From a virus, in the IMG/VR virus record IMGVR_UViG_3300025534_000004, positions 64,001 to 128,000 of that record: 64,000 nt of DNA; one strand, 5' to 3'. Position numbers and translations under genes: made by a program. Within the stretch, counting starts at the first letter, position 1. Each line of letters opens with the position of its first letter. Below, in pieces: positions 31,458 through 41,411 of this stretch. Below the pieces are notes generated by a model that worked only from the letters and a program-made list of their open reading frames with translations, searched no databases and had not been told where the DNA came from.

Positions 31458-32048
31458 GTGATCCTCGACGATACGACGAATATGTGCCTCAGCGGCGGCG
31501 CGGATGGCGCCGATCTGATGTGGGGCATGACCGCCGGAATGGCCGGTCACAAGGTGTTCCACTGGTCCTTTAAAGGGCACCGCTCGAATGCCCCGGCCTC
31601 GGAAATCGTCGTACTGAACGACAGGCAGCTTGCCGAGGCGGACGATTATTGCTTGCGCGCCAGCCACAGCCTCCGGCGCCGCTTCCCACCGAACTCGCTG
31701 TACGTGCGCAATCTCCTTCGCCGCAACTACTATCAGGTCGCATGGAGCGACGCCTGCTATGCGGTCGCCAGTCTCGACGGCGCCGGGCAGGTCTCCGGCG
31801 GCACGGCGTGGGCGACGCAGATGTTCATCGACCGCCATAACGGCGCCGCCTGCCCCTGCTACCTGTTTGACCAGCAGGACGGGCGCTGGAAGGTCTGGGA
31901 CGGGCCACAGGGCTGGCGGGCGATCTATGAGCCGCCGAAGCCCGTCGGCGTCTGGGCGGGCATCGGCAGCCGGGAGTTGCTCCTCGTCGGCAAACTGGCG
32001 ATCCGGGTCCTCATGGGCTACCAGAAGCCGGTGGTGAAGGCGGCCTGA
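31458..32048 (+). CDS. SLOG/DprA-like Rossmannoid protein
   Basis: SGGADGAD...RRNYYQV...VSGGTAWA...AGIGSR. Confidence 0.65.
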   Translation: MILDDTTNMCLSGGADGADLMWGMTAGMAGHKVFHWSFKGHRSNAPASEIVVLNDRQLAEADDYCLRASHSLRRRFPPNSLYVRNLLRRNYYQVAWSDACYAVASLDGAGQVSGGTAWATQMFIDRHNGAACPCYLFDQQDGRWKVWDGPQGWRAIYEPPKPVGVWAGIGSRELLLVGKLAIRVLMGYQKPVVKAA

Positions 32049-32084
32049 AACGGTCGAACCGACGCGGCTGCGCCGCCAGACGCC

Positions 32085-33749
32085 TCAGCGGGCGTTCTGA
32101 TCGGAGGAGCCGGAATCGCTGGTCTGCTGGCGCCCAGCCTGATTTGGCGATGGGGCCAGCGGCCAGCCCATGAGGTCGGCGATGATGTTGTAGTAGTCGT
32201 TCGGCATGACGACATGCAAATCATCGGGCTCAAGCTTGTGCCGCAGCACATAGGTACGAAGCTGGATGCGCTGCATGTTGTTGAGGGCCAGCTTGCGGTC
32301 GTGGACAAGCTCGCCGATGGACCGCAGAAACCATGCCGGGCGCGCCTCGGAGACAACGACCAGAGCCGGTAGTATATCGAAGATGGCCGCGAAAGCCGTC
32401 AGTCCCTTCGGGGCTTCCACTGGCGTGCGCTTGCCGCTGCCCGGCGTCGCATCGGCGAACTTGCCATCATCGAGCAGCATGATGAGCTTGGTGACATACT
32501 CCTTGGCGGCAAAATTCTCGTCGGCGCCCGCCAGCACGATGTTCGCCATGTGGACGACCTGCTTGCGGATCGTGTCGAACTTCTTGTGGTAATCACGTCC
32601 GCCCATGCCCCGGAACTCGAATACGCCGTTGCCCCGGTCCCTGATCGAGGAATACTTGTCGAAATAGTCGCGCAGCCTGTTGCCGATCTTCTTGAGGGCA
32701 GCCGTCGCCCTGCGAAGGTCGTTCCCTGACACGACCGTGCGGTAGTCCATCGGGGTGTCGGCCTCGATCCTGAGGATCATGCGCAGCGCGTCGATGAGGC
32801 GGTTGCGCATCGGCTTCGTGTACATGTTTTTCAGGCGGCCGAACAATTGGGCGGCGTGGTTCTCGTCGAACAGGACCAGCATCTTGAGGAAGTCGTAATC
32901 CTCCGCGCCCTTGCCCTCCATGCTGATGTTGATGTGCAGGCCGGTGGAGTTGTCGGTCGAGTGGCCTTGGCGCTCCATCCAGTCGAACAGCGCGCGCAAC
33001 TTTTCAAGGCCCTCGCCGACCGGGTACACCGCGCTCACCACCTCGGCGGGAATGCCCTCGCCATCATCCGTGATCGAGGCGTCGGGCTCGACATACCACA
33101 GGTTCTCGCTCTTGTTGTTGCTGTGGTATTCGTCGTTGACCTCCACATCGGCGCCGACGACGTGCCTGAGTTCCGAGGCCACTTCCTCGTGCGCGGCCTC
33201 GCTGCTCGCCTCCCGGTAGTCCTCGGTGTAGATATAGCCGTCACGATTCCAGCCGTAGATCGGCTGGATGTCCATCTGCCGCATGAAGCTGGTGTTGGAG
33301 CCGTAGATTTCCGCGATGAAATCATCCATGTCGTAGCGGCGTTCAAAGTCGGCGGTATTTTCTTCAACGAAATCCGCGTAAGCATCATCCTCGTGCTCCG
33401 CGATGATCTCGTCCGCGTCCTCCTCCTCGTCATCAGAATCGAGCAGACCGTACCGCTCGCACCATTCGCGGGTATATTCGTCCTTCTTCTCGCCCCATTC
33501 CTCGTCAAGCTTCTGAAAGATGTACTCGCTGAATGCCTCGTTGACAGCGGACTGCCGGTATTCGACGTAATCCCGAAGCTCGGACCATCGCAGGCTGTCC
33601 GGGTCCACCGGGGAGCCGTCGCGTGCCTCGCCTTCGACAGCAAGCATCATCTCGCACTCGAAGCCGATCCGAAGCGAGGGATGCTTGAGGATGTTGTTGA
33701 ATTCGCTACGCGTCGCTTGCAGTTCGCGGAGGATTTCACGGGCCTTCAT
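32085..33749 (-). CDS. Putative amidoligase (COOH-NH2 ligase), paralog 1
   Basis: GFECEM, VEPDASI, EVVS, STGLHINIS, FDKY, FEFRGMG; starts MKAREILRE; TAAATA at 33781-33786. Confidence 0.8.
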   Translation of the reverse strand: MKAREILRELQATRSEFNNILKHPSLRIGFECEMMLAVEGEARDGSPVDPDSLRWSELRDYVEYRQSAVNEAFSEYIFQKLDEEWGEKKDEYTREWCERYGLLDSDDEEEDADEIIAEHEDDAYADFVEENTADFERRYDMDDFIAEIYGSNTSFMRQMDIQPIYGWNRDGYIYTEDYREASSEAAHEEVASELRHVVGADVEVNDEYHSNNKSENLWYVEPDASITDDGEGIPAEVVSAVYPVGEGLEKLRALFDWMERQGHSTDNSTGLHINISMEGKGAEDYDFLKMLVLFDENHAAQLFGRLKNMYTKPMRNRLIDALRMILRIEADTPMDYRTVVSGNDLRRATAALKKIGNRLRDYFDKYSSIRDRGNGVFEFRGMGGRDYHKKFDTIRKQVVHMANIVLAGADENFAAKEYVTKLIMLLDDGKFADATPGSGKRTPVEAPKGLTAFAAIFDILPALVVVSEARPAWFLRSIGELVHDRKLALNNMQRIQLRTYVLRHKLEPDDLHVVMPNDYYNIIADLMGWPLAPSPNQAGRQQTSDSGSSDQNAR

Positions 33750-33802
33750 AAGCGGGTTTTCAACAGAATTGTTGACCCGCTATTTAGCCTCCGCGCGTCG
33801 CG

Positions 33803-35569
33803 TCATAGCCGCCGGGACAACGACGGGTCCGGAAACATGTCCTGCTGATATTGTCCGTACCGCTGCCAGTCCCGCGCACGCTCCTCGAAATCGTCCTCAG
33901 CGCCTTTGTCATCATCGGCATACGGGTACCCGCCGCGCATGGCGAAGGGGAGGACCGACTGCCGCTCGTCGTCGTTCCTGATGGCGAGGGGCCAGCCGAG
34001 TGGTCGGGCAATGGTGTTATACAGGTCATCCGGCACGACTTCGCGGAGGTCCTGCGGCGTCACGCGCATACGCACAGTGTAGGCTTTAAGCTGGTGAACC
34101 TGCTGGGGAGTGAGGCGGGTTTTGGATTTCATGATGACCCGACCGAGACTCGTCAGGAATTCGAGCGGCTTCTGATAAAGCGTGATGATCTCCCCATACC
34201 CCGCCAGCAGCCGAGCGAAGGACGAAAGCTGGGGCGGAAGTTCGGCCTTCACATTGGCATCGTCATATCTCCGCGCGGAGAGAATGGCGTAGACCTTTGA
34301 GATGTACTCCTTGGCGAGGAGCTTCGGGTCGGAGCCGATGCGCATGATGTAGGCCATATTGACGACCCGCTTGCGGATATCCTCGAAGTGGCTTTCGTAA
34401 TCCTCGTTCCCCATGGAGCGGAACTCGAACACGCCGTTCTGGCGGGAATGGATGGACCAGTACTTGTCGAAGCTTTCCTCTAAGGCGCGGCCGAGCTTCT
34501 TGAGCCCGGCGAGCGCCGTGTCGAGGTTGCGACCACTCATGATCTGATGCGGGTCGAGCGAGCGAGCACCCAACTGGTCGAATTGAGCCGCAATCTTGCC
34601 GAACAAAAGGGTACGCATCTGCTCGGCGTAGGTGTTGCCGAGGCGCTTGAACAACGACGCGACATATTTCTCGTCGTGGAAGATGATCATCTTGAGGAAG
34701 TCGTAGTCCTCCGCGCCCTTGCCTTGAATGCTCAGGTTGATATGCAGGCCGGTAGATTCGTTCGTCCGGTGCCCATTTTCGTCCATCCAGTCGAACAGGC
34801 GCTTCATGGCGATCAGCCCGTCCTCAAGTTGGTAGACCGAACTAACGACCTCGCCAGCCGTCCCATTCTCATCATCGTCGATGGAATTGTCAGGCTCGAC
34901 ATACCAAGAATGCTCGGCCTTCTTGGTACCGTGGTACTTGTCGTTGACGGACACGCTCACGCCAATCTGGTCGCGCAGGCTTTCGGCGATCTCCTCGTAA
35001 ACCTCGGACCTGCTAATCCCATCTTCGGTATAGATACGGAAGCCTTCCTCGTCCCAGCCGTAAAGCGGTGAGATAATGAATTCCTGCATCACGCGGGTGT
35101 TGGAGCCGTATTCCTCGGCGATCCAGTCATCCATGTCATACTTGTCGAGGATGGAAGGTTCCTTCTTGAACAGCCATTGCTCGCGGGCTTCGTCGCGGTA
35201 CTTATCGAGTGTCCCCTCCTCATCAATGATGTTGCCGTCATCATCCCGCTCGAACAGATCATTATCCTCGCAATACTGCCGGATGTACTCATCCTCCTGC
35301 TCGCGCCACGCCTCATCGACTTTCCTGATAAGCCATTCATCAAAGGCTTCGGCAACGCTCGACGTGACGCGGTCGCTCATGTCGAGATATTCGGTCAATT
35401 GCTCCCATTTATACTCGTCAGGGTCGATGGTTTCCCTGTTGCCTTTGGATGGGATGTCGAACACCATCTCGCATTCGAACCCCATGCGAATAGCGGGGTC
35501 CTTGGTGATCTTGTTGAACTGGCTGCGGGGGACGTTGACTTCTTGCAGGGCGATTTCGCGGTAGCGCAT
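33803..35569 (-). CDS. Putative amidoligase, paralog 2
   Basis: GFECEM, VEPDNSI, EVVS, STGLHINLS, FDKY, FEFRSMG; starts MRYREIALQE; TAAATA at 35601-35606. Confidence 0.8.
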   Translation of the reverse strand: MRYREIALQEVNVPRSQFNKITKDPAIRMGFECEMVFDIPSKGNRETIDPDEYKWEQLTEYLDMSDRVTSSVAEAFDEWLIRKVDEAWREQEDEYIRQYCEDNDLFERDDDGNIIDEEGTLDKYRDEAREQWLFKKEPSILDKYDMDDWIAEEYGSNTRVMQEFIISPLYGWDEEGFRIYTEDGISRSEVYEEIAESLRDQIGVSVSVNDKYHGTKKAEHSWYVEPDNSIDDDENGTAGEVVSSVYQLEDGLIAMKRLFDWMDENGHRTNESTGLHINLSIQGKGAEDYDFLKMIIFHDEKYVASLFKRLGNTYAEQMRTLLFGKIAAQFDQLGARSLDPHQIMSGRNLDTALAGLKKLGRALEESFDKYWSIHSRQNGVFEFRSMGNEDYESHFEDIRKRVVNMAYIMRIGSDPKLLAKEYISKVYAILSARRYDDANVKAELPPQLSSFARLLAGYGEIITLYQKPLEFLTSLGRVIMKSKTRLTPQQVHQLKAYTVRMRVTPQDLREVVPDDLYNTIARPLGWPLAIRNDDERQSVLPFAMRGGYPYADDDKGAEDDFEERARDWQRYGQYQQDMFPDPSLSRRL

Positions 35570-35662
35570 CGTAGGACAGGCCGTGTATTATGTGGCCTGC
35601 TATTTAGGTTTTCGCGCTTCGCGCATGACCTGCCACGCCGCGCCTTCTCGGCAGCGGGACAG

Positions 35663-36693
35663 CTATGCTTGATCCGAGCCCGGCATCCAGAAGGTGAGGA
35701 ATAGCGCGGCGTTGGCTTCGACGGTGAAGGAGAGCTTATGATGGCTGATCCTGCGGGAGCGGCCGTTGAAGGACGCGAAGTGAACCTTTCGGTAGCTGTC
35801 CGGCGGCAGCGAGGACGCGCACCACTCCCGCACGGCCGCAACCTCCTCCAAGGAGGTCGCGGTCACGATGTAGGCCACCGGATCGTCAGGACCGTGCGTT
35901 GGCTTTAGAACGATCATCGCAAGTCCCCGCGAAACTCGCGGAAAAGACCATTTTGAACAGAGCCGCCTTCGCCTTGTCCTCGATGAGGAGCAGATGTTCG
36001 CCGGAACCCGCCGAGGCGCCCCAAAACATGGCGAACCATATCCTCCCGTGCGGGCCGCAATTATCCGCAAGCCAGCGGCGGACCACCTTCCACTCGGCGG
36101 CCTCGTTCCACCGGATGCTGAACTGCCACCCTCCCCCGCCCCTGACGGGCTCCATCTCCCAGATGGTCAGCACGGCGTACCCCGCCGTGCCGCACCGGCC
36201 CATGCCCTGTCGGGGCGCACGCAGCGCATCACCGGTACGCAGTCTCGTGCAGACGACTGTTCTCGCGGCGAACGCGAGCGGGGTGTCCCGTGATGAACTC
36301 ACCCACTATGGCATTGGCGTCGCCGAGCCGGACCCAGAACCGCACTGCCCCGTTGGCGAAAGTGCCCTTCGCACTCGGTTTCTTCCACGGCAGCAGCCGC
36401 TCGTCCGGGCTGTCGATGATCAGAAAAGTGATGCTGTCGAATGCCTCTTGCCCCTTGCGGAGATAGATGCGGTCCACCTGCAAGACGGTCCCCGGCTCCA
36501 ATGTGTACATATCGAAGCGGCCACAATCGTCGCCATAGGGGAGGTCCCGCCAAGAGACTTGGATGCCGAGCGCCCAGAACAGGCTTGCATTGCGGTATTC
36601 GCCGTAGGCGCGGAAGCGCCAGCCATCGAGCAGGCGCAGTTGCGTTCCAATCGTCGGGAAAAATACGTTCATCGAAATGACCGTCGTGTGCAA
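35663..36693 (-). other. Three small genes (35663-35917, 35886-36203, 36229-36693); the first two belong to the paralog family
   Basis: FTVEANAALFLTFW; IEDKAKAALFKMVF. Confidence 0.5.
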
Positions 36694-36789
36694 ACGCGGC
36701 GACGCTACCGCACCGTTGGAATGTCGTCAACTGACCCGAAATGAAGTGGGAGGCGCATAAATAGTTTTTGGAAACCGCATTCCGTCGTC

Positions 36790-37455
36790 ATGTTGCCCTT
36801 GGCACCAAAATCCCTGCACCGCGTTGAAATGCCCGATTCTCACCGGTTCTGGGCGTGGTTCGGGGCTTCGAAGGTGGTGGATGCGCGGCAGGAACCGCTG
36901 GTCTGCTATCACGGCACACACGGACAGCCGAATTTCGGGCCTCTCACGCGGTTCGGGACCGCCGAGGCGGCGACCGAGGGTCTGTTGCTGGCGCTGACTC
37001 CCGAGGAGCTTGAACGGCTGCTCGGCGACCCCGAGGTGACGCCCTACCTTGACCGTCTGCGGTTCCGGCGCCGGTCCGTCTGGGGCGATGGCGAGGGCTA
37101 TCACCTCTACGCGCCGGGCGCGGCCATCGCCCCCTGCTACCTGCGCATCGTCCGCCCACTGGTCCTCGACGAGGACCCGTTGCTGGTGCTGCCGCCGAGG
37201 CACCTCAAGGGTATTCCCGACGAGGCCCTCGTCATCCTCCTCGCGGCGGGCTATGATTTCCGGGAACTGGTCGGGACATTCAAGGGGCAGGACCCCCGGA
37301 CCGCCGTACCGGCGATGCTTCTCGCCAAAGGCTATGACGGGGTGAGTTTCCCAGACCTAGTGGAGGGCGGCGGGAGCACCGCGTGGATCATCCTCGACGC
37401 GTCGCAGGCGTGGCCGATCTATGGCAGCCGGATCACCAGCGGGGTTTCGCCTTGA
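36790..37455 (+). CDS. ART-PolyVal-like ADP-ribosyltransferase
   Basis: FWAWFGASKVVDARQEPLVCYHGT...CYLRIVRPL...KGYDGV...WIILDASQ; TAAATA at 36758-36763. Confidence 0.7.
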   Translation: MLPLAPKSLHRVEMPDSHRFWAWFGASKVVDARQEPLVCYHGTHGQPNFGPLTRFGTAEAATEGLLLALTPEELERLLGDPEVTPYLDRLRFRRRSVWGDGEGYHLYAPGAAIAPCYLRIVRPLVLDEDPLLVLPPRHLKGIPDEALVILLAAGYDFRELVGTFKGQDPRTAVPAMLLAKGYDGVSFPDLVEGGGSTAWIILDASQAWPIYGSRITSGVSP

Positions 37456-38087
37456 TGACGCGTTTGACCGCTTCCGCACCTGAGGGGACGGTCCATTCCC
37501 AATACGCTTCGATCAGGTCCATGTTGCTCCGGACCCACGCACCAAGCATCTCAAGTTCGTTGAAGTCAAGTGGTTGACCAGACAATTGGATTAGCGTCGG
37601 TTCCAAGAGAAACACCAATGCCGATCTCTCGTCATATTCCGCTGTTTCGGTCAGTTCTATGACGATTTCCTGATCCGCCCGCTTTCTTATCAGCCAAACT
37701 ACCCACGGAAGGCCGGTGACGCGAGGCTTTAGGCCCAACTTGATCCGTGCAGGCGGGTCCATCGCACCGATGTCCATTTTTAAGGCATCCGTATCCTTGA
37801 TGGCATGAACCATACTCCGAGAATCATCCCGAATGCGCGACCGTCGCCGGGCCATCAAGAAAAAAACATGTGGTGGCATGGTTCCTCGGGCTCATATCGG
37901 GCTTGGTGCATTTCGTGTCAATCAGCCATCCCTATCCTAACATCCTGTCGCATTTAGGTACGCAGGCGACAATTCGGCAACCCTGCGCATACAATGTGGT
38001 AAGTCACAAAGCCCCCTTGCCTGATGCCACAGACCGGATTATATGGTCTGCAAAACCGAGTTTGAGAAAGTTGTTGCGAGGCATCCC

Positions 38088-38285
38088 ATGCGCACGCCCA
38101 AGCGCAAGCCAGTCCGGCCGCGCAATCCGTTTGCGTTGGCGCTCATCACCGACCCCGCATTCAGGACGAAAATCGCCAAGTCCACCGCCGAGCGCGAGGA
38201 ACAGCGGGGCGGTTGGAGCCGCAAGGCCAAGCACAAGAAGGTCCTGATCTCCGTGGACGGCGACCAGCCGTCGGATGATTCCTAG
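38088..38285 (+). CDS. ArfA-like alternative ribosome-rescue factor
   Basis: NPFALALITDPAFRTKIAK...GGWSRKAKH resembles ArfA NAIEALLHDPLFRQRVEK...GSYMRKGKH; GAGG SD. Confidence 0.6.
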   Translation: MRTPKRKPVRPRNPFALALITDPAFRTKIAKSTAEREEQRGGWSRKAKHKKVLISVDGDQPSDDS

Positions 38286-38299
38286 CAGGAAACCCCATC

Positions 38300-38545
38300 G
38301 TGACCCCCTTTGCGCGCATCCGGTCCATCCTCGCCGCTGTTTGTGGGATCGAGGACGCCTCGACCATAACCCCGTTGACTACCCTCGATGAGGACCTCGG
38401 CTTCGACGCCCTCGATTTCGGCGAGACCGCTTCTCGTATCGAGGAAGAATTTGGTATCGAAATCCCCCTCGGCGAGGAAATGGCGTGGACCAATTTGGCG
38501 TCCATCCTTGCCGATGTCGAGGCCAAGCTCCGCGAGACGCCGTGA
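38300..38545 (+). CDS. Acyl carrier protein homolog lacking the phosphopantetheine Ser
   Basis: LDEDLGFDALD...IEEEFGIEIP. Confidence 0.75.
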   Translation: MTPFARIRSILAAVCGIEDASTITPLTTLDEDLGFDALDFGETASRIEEEFGIEIPLGEEMAWTNLASILADVEAKLRETP

Positions 38546-39438
38546 TGGAGCATGAGTGCCTCATCGTCATCGGGGACTGGGCGGGGATCGGGCATGGTCA
38601 GTCGGATATGTTCGTCTACCACGCCAATCGCCCGATTGACGAGCAGCGCCGCGCCTTTCTCGCAAGCACGGACCTGACCGGTCTTTGGCTCGCAAAAACG
38701 GACCGGGTCGGTTTTTGGCTCGATCATCTCTGTGGTACTCGGCAGCCCGACGACCCAAACGCGATCTGTACGGAACGCGGGGATGACTGGATCAATGCCT
38801 ACCATATCGCGATCCTGCGCCGCTATGGCATGGATTGCAGTCGCCTCGGCAACAGCGACCCTTGTGGTTTTGCCCCGAAGCCGGTGGATTTCGCACATCT
38901 GATCCTTCGGTTCATCAGCCTGTCACTGCCGGATTTCGAGTGGTCCGAGCTACGGCACACCAACCTGCGGGAATGGTTGGAGAACCCCGGAAACAATGCC
39001 AGTACGCCATGGAGGGACCTCCCGCAGCGGGTCCTGAACGACGGCTGGAAGAACAGGAACCTCGACGGGATATTCGGCTACGGCATCTATGGTGGTGCCA
39101 GCAATGATGGCCTTGCCGACAAAAAGCAGCACGACGACAGCGTCGATTACGCGCGAAAGCTCGAAGCAGCGCGGATACGCCACTTTCGCCTGACCAAGAA
39201 CGACGCGCGCACTCATGGCCGGATCGTCGAGGAGTTTCCCTTTGAGGCACGGGGCGTGAAAGTGCCGCCGAGCCATGAATCGGAAGCTTGGTGGTCATTC
39301 CTCGCACGGGTCCATGATTTCACGGAGGAAGCCGAGGGACGGGTGATGCTGGCAGGTGACCGCTTCTTTTTCGACAGCCTTCACGACTGCGTTTTGTTCA
39401 AACTGCGTTGGACGACATTCAACAATCCACACGAGTGA
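38545..39438 (+). CDS. Hypothetical protein with C-terminal paralog-family motif
   Basis: IGDWAGIGHG; FFFDSLHDCVLFKLRW; TGATG-coupled. Confidence 0.55.
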   Translation: MEHECLIVIGDWAGIGHGQSDMFVYHANRPIDEQRRAFLASTDLTGLWLAKTDRVGFWLDHLCGTRQPDDPNAICTERGDDWINAYHIAILRRYGMDCSRLGNSDPCGFAPKPVDFAHLILRFISLSLPDFEWSELRHTNLREWLENPGNNASTPWRDLPQRVLNDGWKNRNLDGIFGYGIYGGASNDGLADKKQHDDSVDYARKLEAARIRHFRLTKNDARTHGRIVEEFPFEARGVKVPPSHESEAWWSFLARVHDFTEEAEGRVMLAGDRFFFDSLHDCVLFKLRWTTFNNPHE

Positions 39439-39480
39439 ATTCCCCAAACACCATTAGCGATTTCAGAAGGACATTTGAGA

Positions 39481-39816
39481 ATGCAAGCTTTCAAGCGAGA
39501 AATCGCGTCGGCCTTTGCTGGCCTTGGCGTCGTCGGCGGCGCAGGCATCGCCGTCTTTCTCATCCTCCTCCTCCGGGCCGCCGTGCTCGCATGGGCATGG
39601 AACCATTTTGCAGTTGCCCTCGGCGCCGTCCCCATCGGCATGGCTATGGCATTTGGCATCATGCTGACACTTCGCCTGTTCTCCGGCTTCAATATCGGAA
39701 GCGAGGCATCCGTCAAAGCCAAGGGTTTAGTCGGCTTCGCCATGCTGCTTTTCACCGAGGCCCTCCGGATGCTGCTGTTCTGGGGCATTCTCGTCGTCGT
39801 CTGGGCCTTCGTCTGA
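39481..39816 (+). CDS. Small multi-pass membrane protein
   Basis: 3-4 hydrophobic segments. Confidence 0.6.
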   Translation: MQAFKREIASAFAGLGVVGGAGIAVFLILLLRAAVLAWAWNHFAVALGAVPIGMAMAFGIMLTLRLFSGFNIGSEASVKAKGLVGFAMLLFTEALRMLLFWGILVVVWAFV

Positions 39817-39866
39817 CGGCCGGGGCCGAGGGGCTCCGGCGCGCCCCTCGGCCACTAAATATCGTC

Positions 39867-41291
39867 ATGCGTGCCCTGCATTTTTCCGACCCCGCCCTCT
39901 CCCCGCAGGTCCTTTCGCTCATCGCGGAGGCCCAGTCCCTTCGCCTCGCTCTCGACGCCCTCCTGACCGAGCACCCGCAGGCCGGGCGCGCGGTCGTGGC
40001 GCATCTGCACGGGCGGCTTGACGAACTGGGGATCGGGCAGGCCATCAAGGGCGCGGCCAAGGGCCTGTTCAAAAGTGCCTCCGCCGTCAACGCCAAGATC
40101 AACCAGCTTGGTGCGCTCCTACAGAACACCAAGCCGGTGCAGGATTTCGACGCGCGCTTCGAGGCCCTGAAAGGGACGCTGGCCCGGAAGTTTCCGAGGC
40201 TTGCCGCGACGGTCGAGGGCTACGGGCGCTGGGCCAAGCAGCACCCGCGCCTGCAAGCCTTCATCATCGGGATGCTGACAGCCTGCGCCAGCATCGCCGC
40301 CGGTCCGGCGGGCGGCGCCATCGTGGCGGCCATCATGCGGGGCGGCAACGAACTCATCAAGGGCTCGAAGCTCAGTACCGCCATCGGCAAGAGCGTGAAG
40401 GGTGCGGCCATCGGCTGGCTGGCGGGATACGGAATCAAGACCATTGGTAACGCGCTCGCGGCGAACATGCTGCCGACGCCCGAGACCCTGCAAATGATCC
40501 AGCATTACCGCCTCTGGAACGTGCAGTACCGGTACACCGTCAACGGCCAGACCCTTGTCAATATCGAGGGCATGGTCAACGGCGACATGCGCGAGAAGCT
40601 CAGGGCGGCGTGGAAGGCGTTCCATGCCGCCAAGAACGCGGCGGCGCAGGCGGCCTTCGAACATTCGGAGAACACGGACAGGCTGTACGCGCGGGCGGCC
40701 AAGGCGCTGGTGGATTTCCAGACATTGGCGGATCAGGCGTTCGATCCGGCCGGGGAGACCCAGCGGATCGTCCAGAGCGAGATCGCCTCGAACCACCAGA
40801 TGTACAACGACGTGGTGAACAACGCCGAACGCGCCAAGGACGGCATCCGGAAACTCGGCAGCTTCGTTGCCGCCACCTTGCAGGGCCGCCTTGCCGCCAA
40901 GGACACCGGCAACCAGCCCGCCCCGGCACAGCCGTCGCCGCAGGCGTCCGCTGTCCAGCCCGCCCCTCAGGCCGCCCCACAAGCCCCACAAGCCCCACAG
41001 GCCGCCCAAGCGGCGCAGCCACCTGTGCAGGATAATGCAGGCGCCGCGACCGGCAGGGTCTATCCGACCAACCCGAAGCTCTGGCAGCGGGCACTCGCGC
41101 TGGGCCAGCAGCAAAACCCGAATGACCGCCATGCGGCCGTGGAATATGCCAAGAGCTACTACAAGAACCATGGCGGGCGGGTCGCACGTGGCCCGGCCCC
41201 GGCTGGCAATGCCGCCAAGCCCGGTGCTCCCCGTAGGGCCAACCCACCACGCCGGGCTCCATCGCAACCCGCCTTTCGCCGCGCTTCATGA
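39867..41291 (+). CDS. Late helical protein with G/A-rich hydrophobic hairpin and PQA linker (candidate internal/ejection protein)
   Basis: TAAATA at 39856-39861, 5 nt before ATG. Confidence 0.55.
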   Translation: MRALHFSDPALSPQVLSLIAEAQSLRLALDALLTEHPQAGRAVVAHLHGRLDELGIGQAIKGAAKGLFKSASAVNAKINQLGALLQNTKPVQDFDARFEALKGTLARKFPRLAATVEGYGRWAKQHPRLQAFIIGMLTACASIAAGPAGGAIVAAIMRGGNELIKGSKLSTAIGKSVKGAAIGWLAGYGIKTIGNALAANMLPTPETLQMIQHYRLWNVQYRYTVNGQTLVNIEGMVNGDMREKLRAAWKAFHAAKNAAAQAAFEHSENTDRLYARAAKALVDFQTLADQAFDPAGETQRIVQSEIASNHQMYNDVVNNAERAKDGIRKLGSFVAATLQGRLAAKDTGNQPAPAQPSPQASAVQPAPQAAPQAPQAPQAAQAAQPPVQDNAGAATGRVYPTNPKLWQRALALGQQQNPNDRHAAVEYAKSYYKNHGGRVARGPAPAGNAAKPGAPRRANPPRRAPSQPAFRRAS

Positions 41292-41411
41292 GGCCGCCGC
41301 GACGCAGGTCGTCGCAGCAGGCGGTCGATTGCCGGATTTGGGCTGGCGCGCACCCGATAATTTGGTGTAAATACCCACATTATCTCAGTCCATTTTCAGA
41401 AGGCGATTTCA

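Noticed and set aside
39408-39866. N-terminal 153 aa of the 627-aa ORF
   Set aside because: Overlaps a membrane-protein gene; the late promoter points to ATG 39867.
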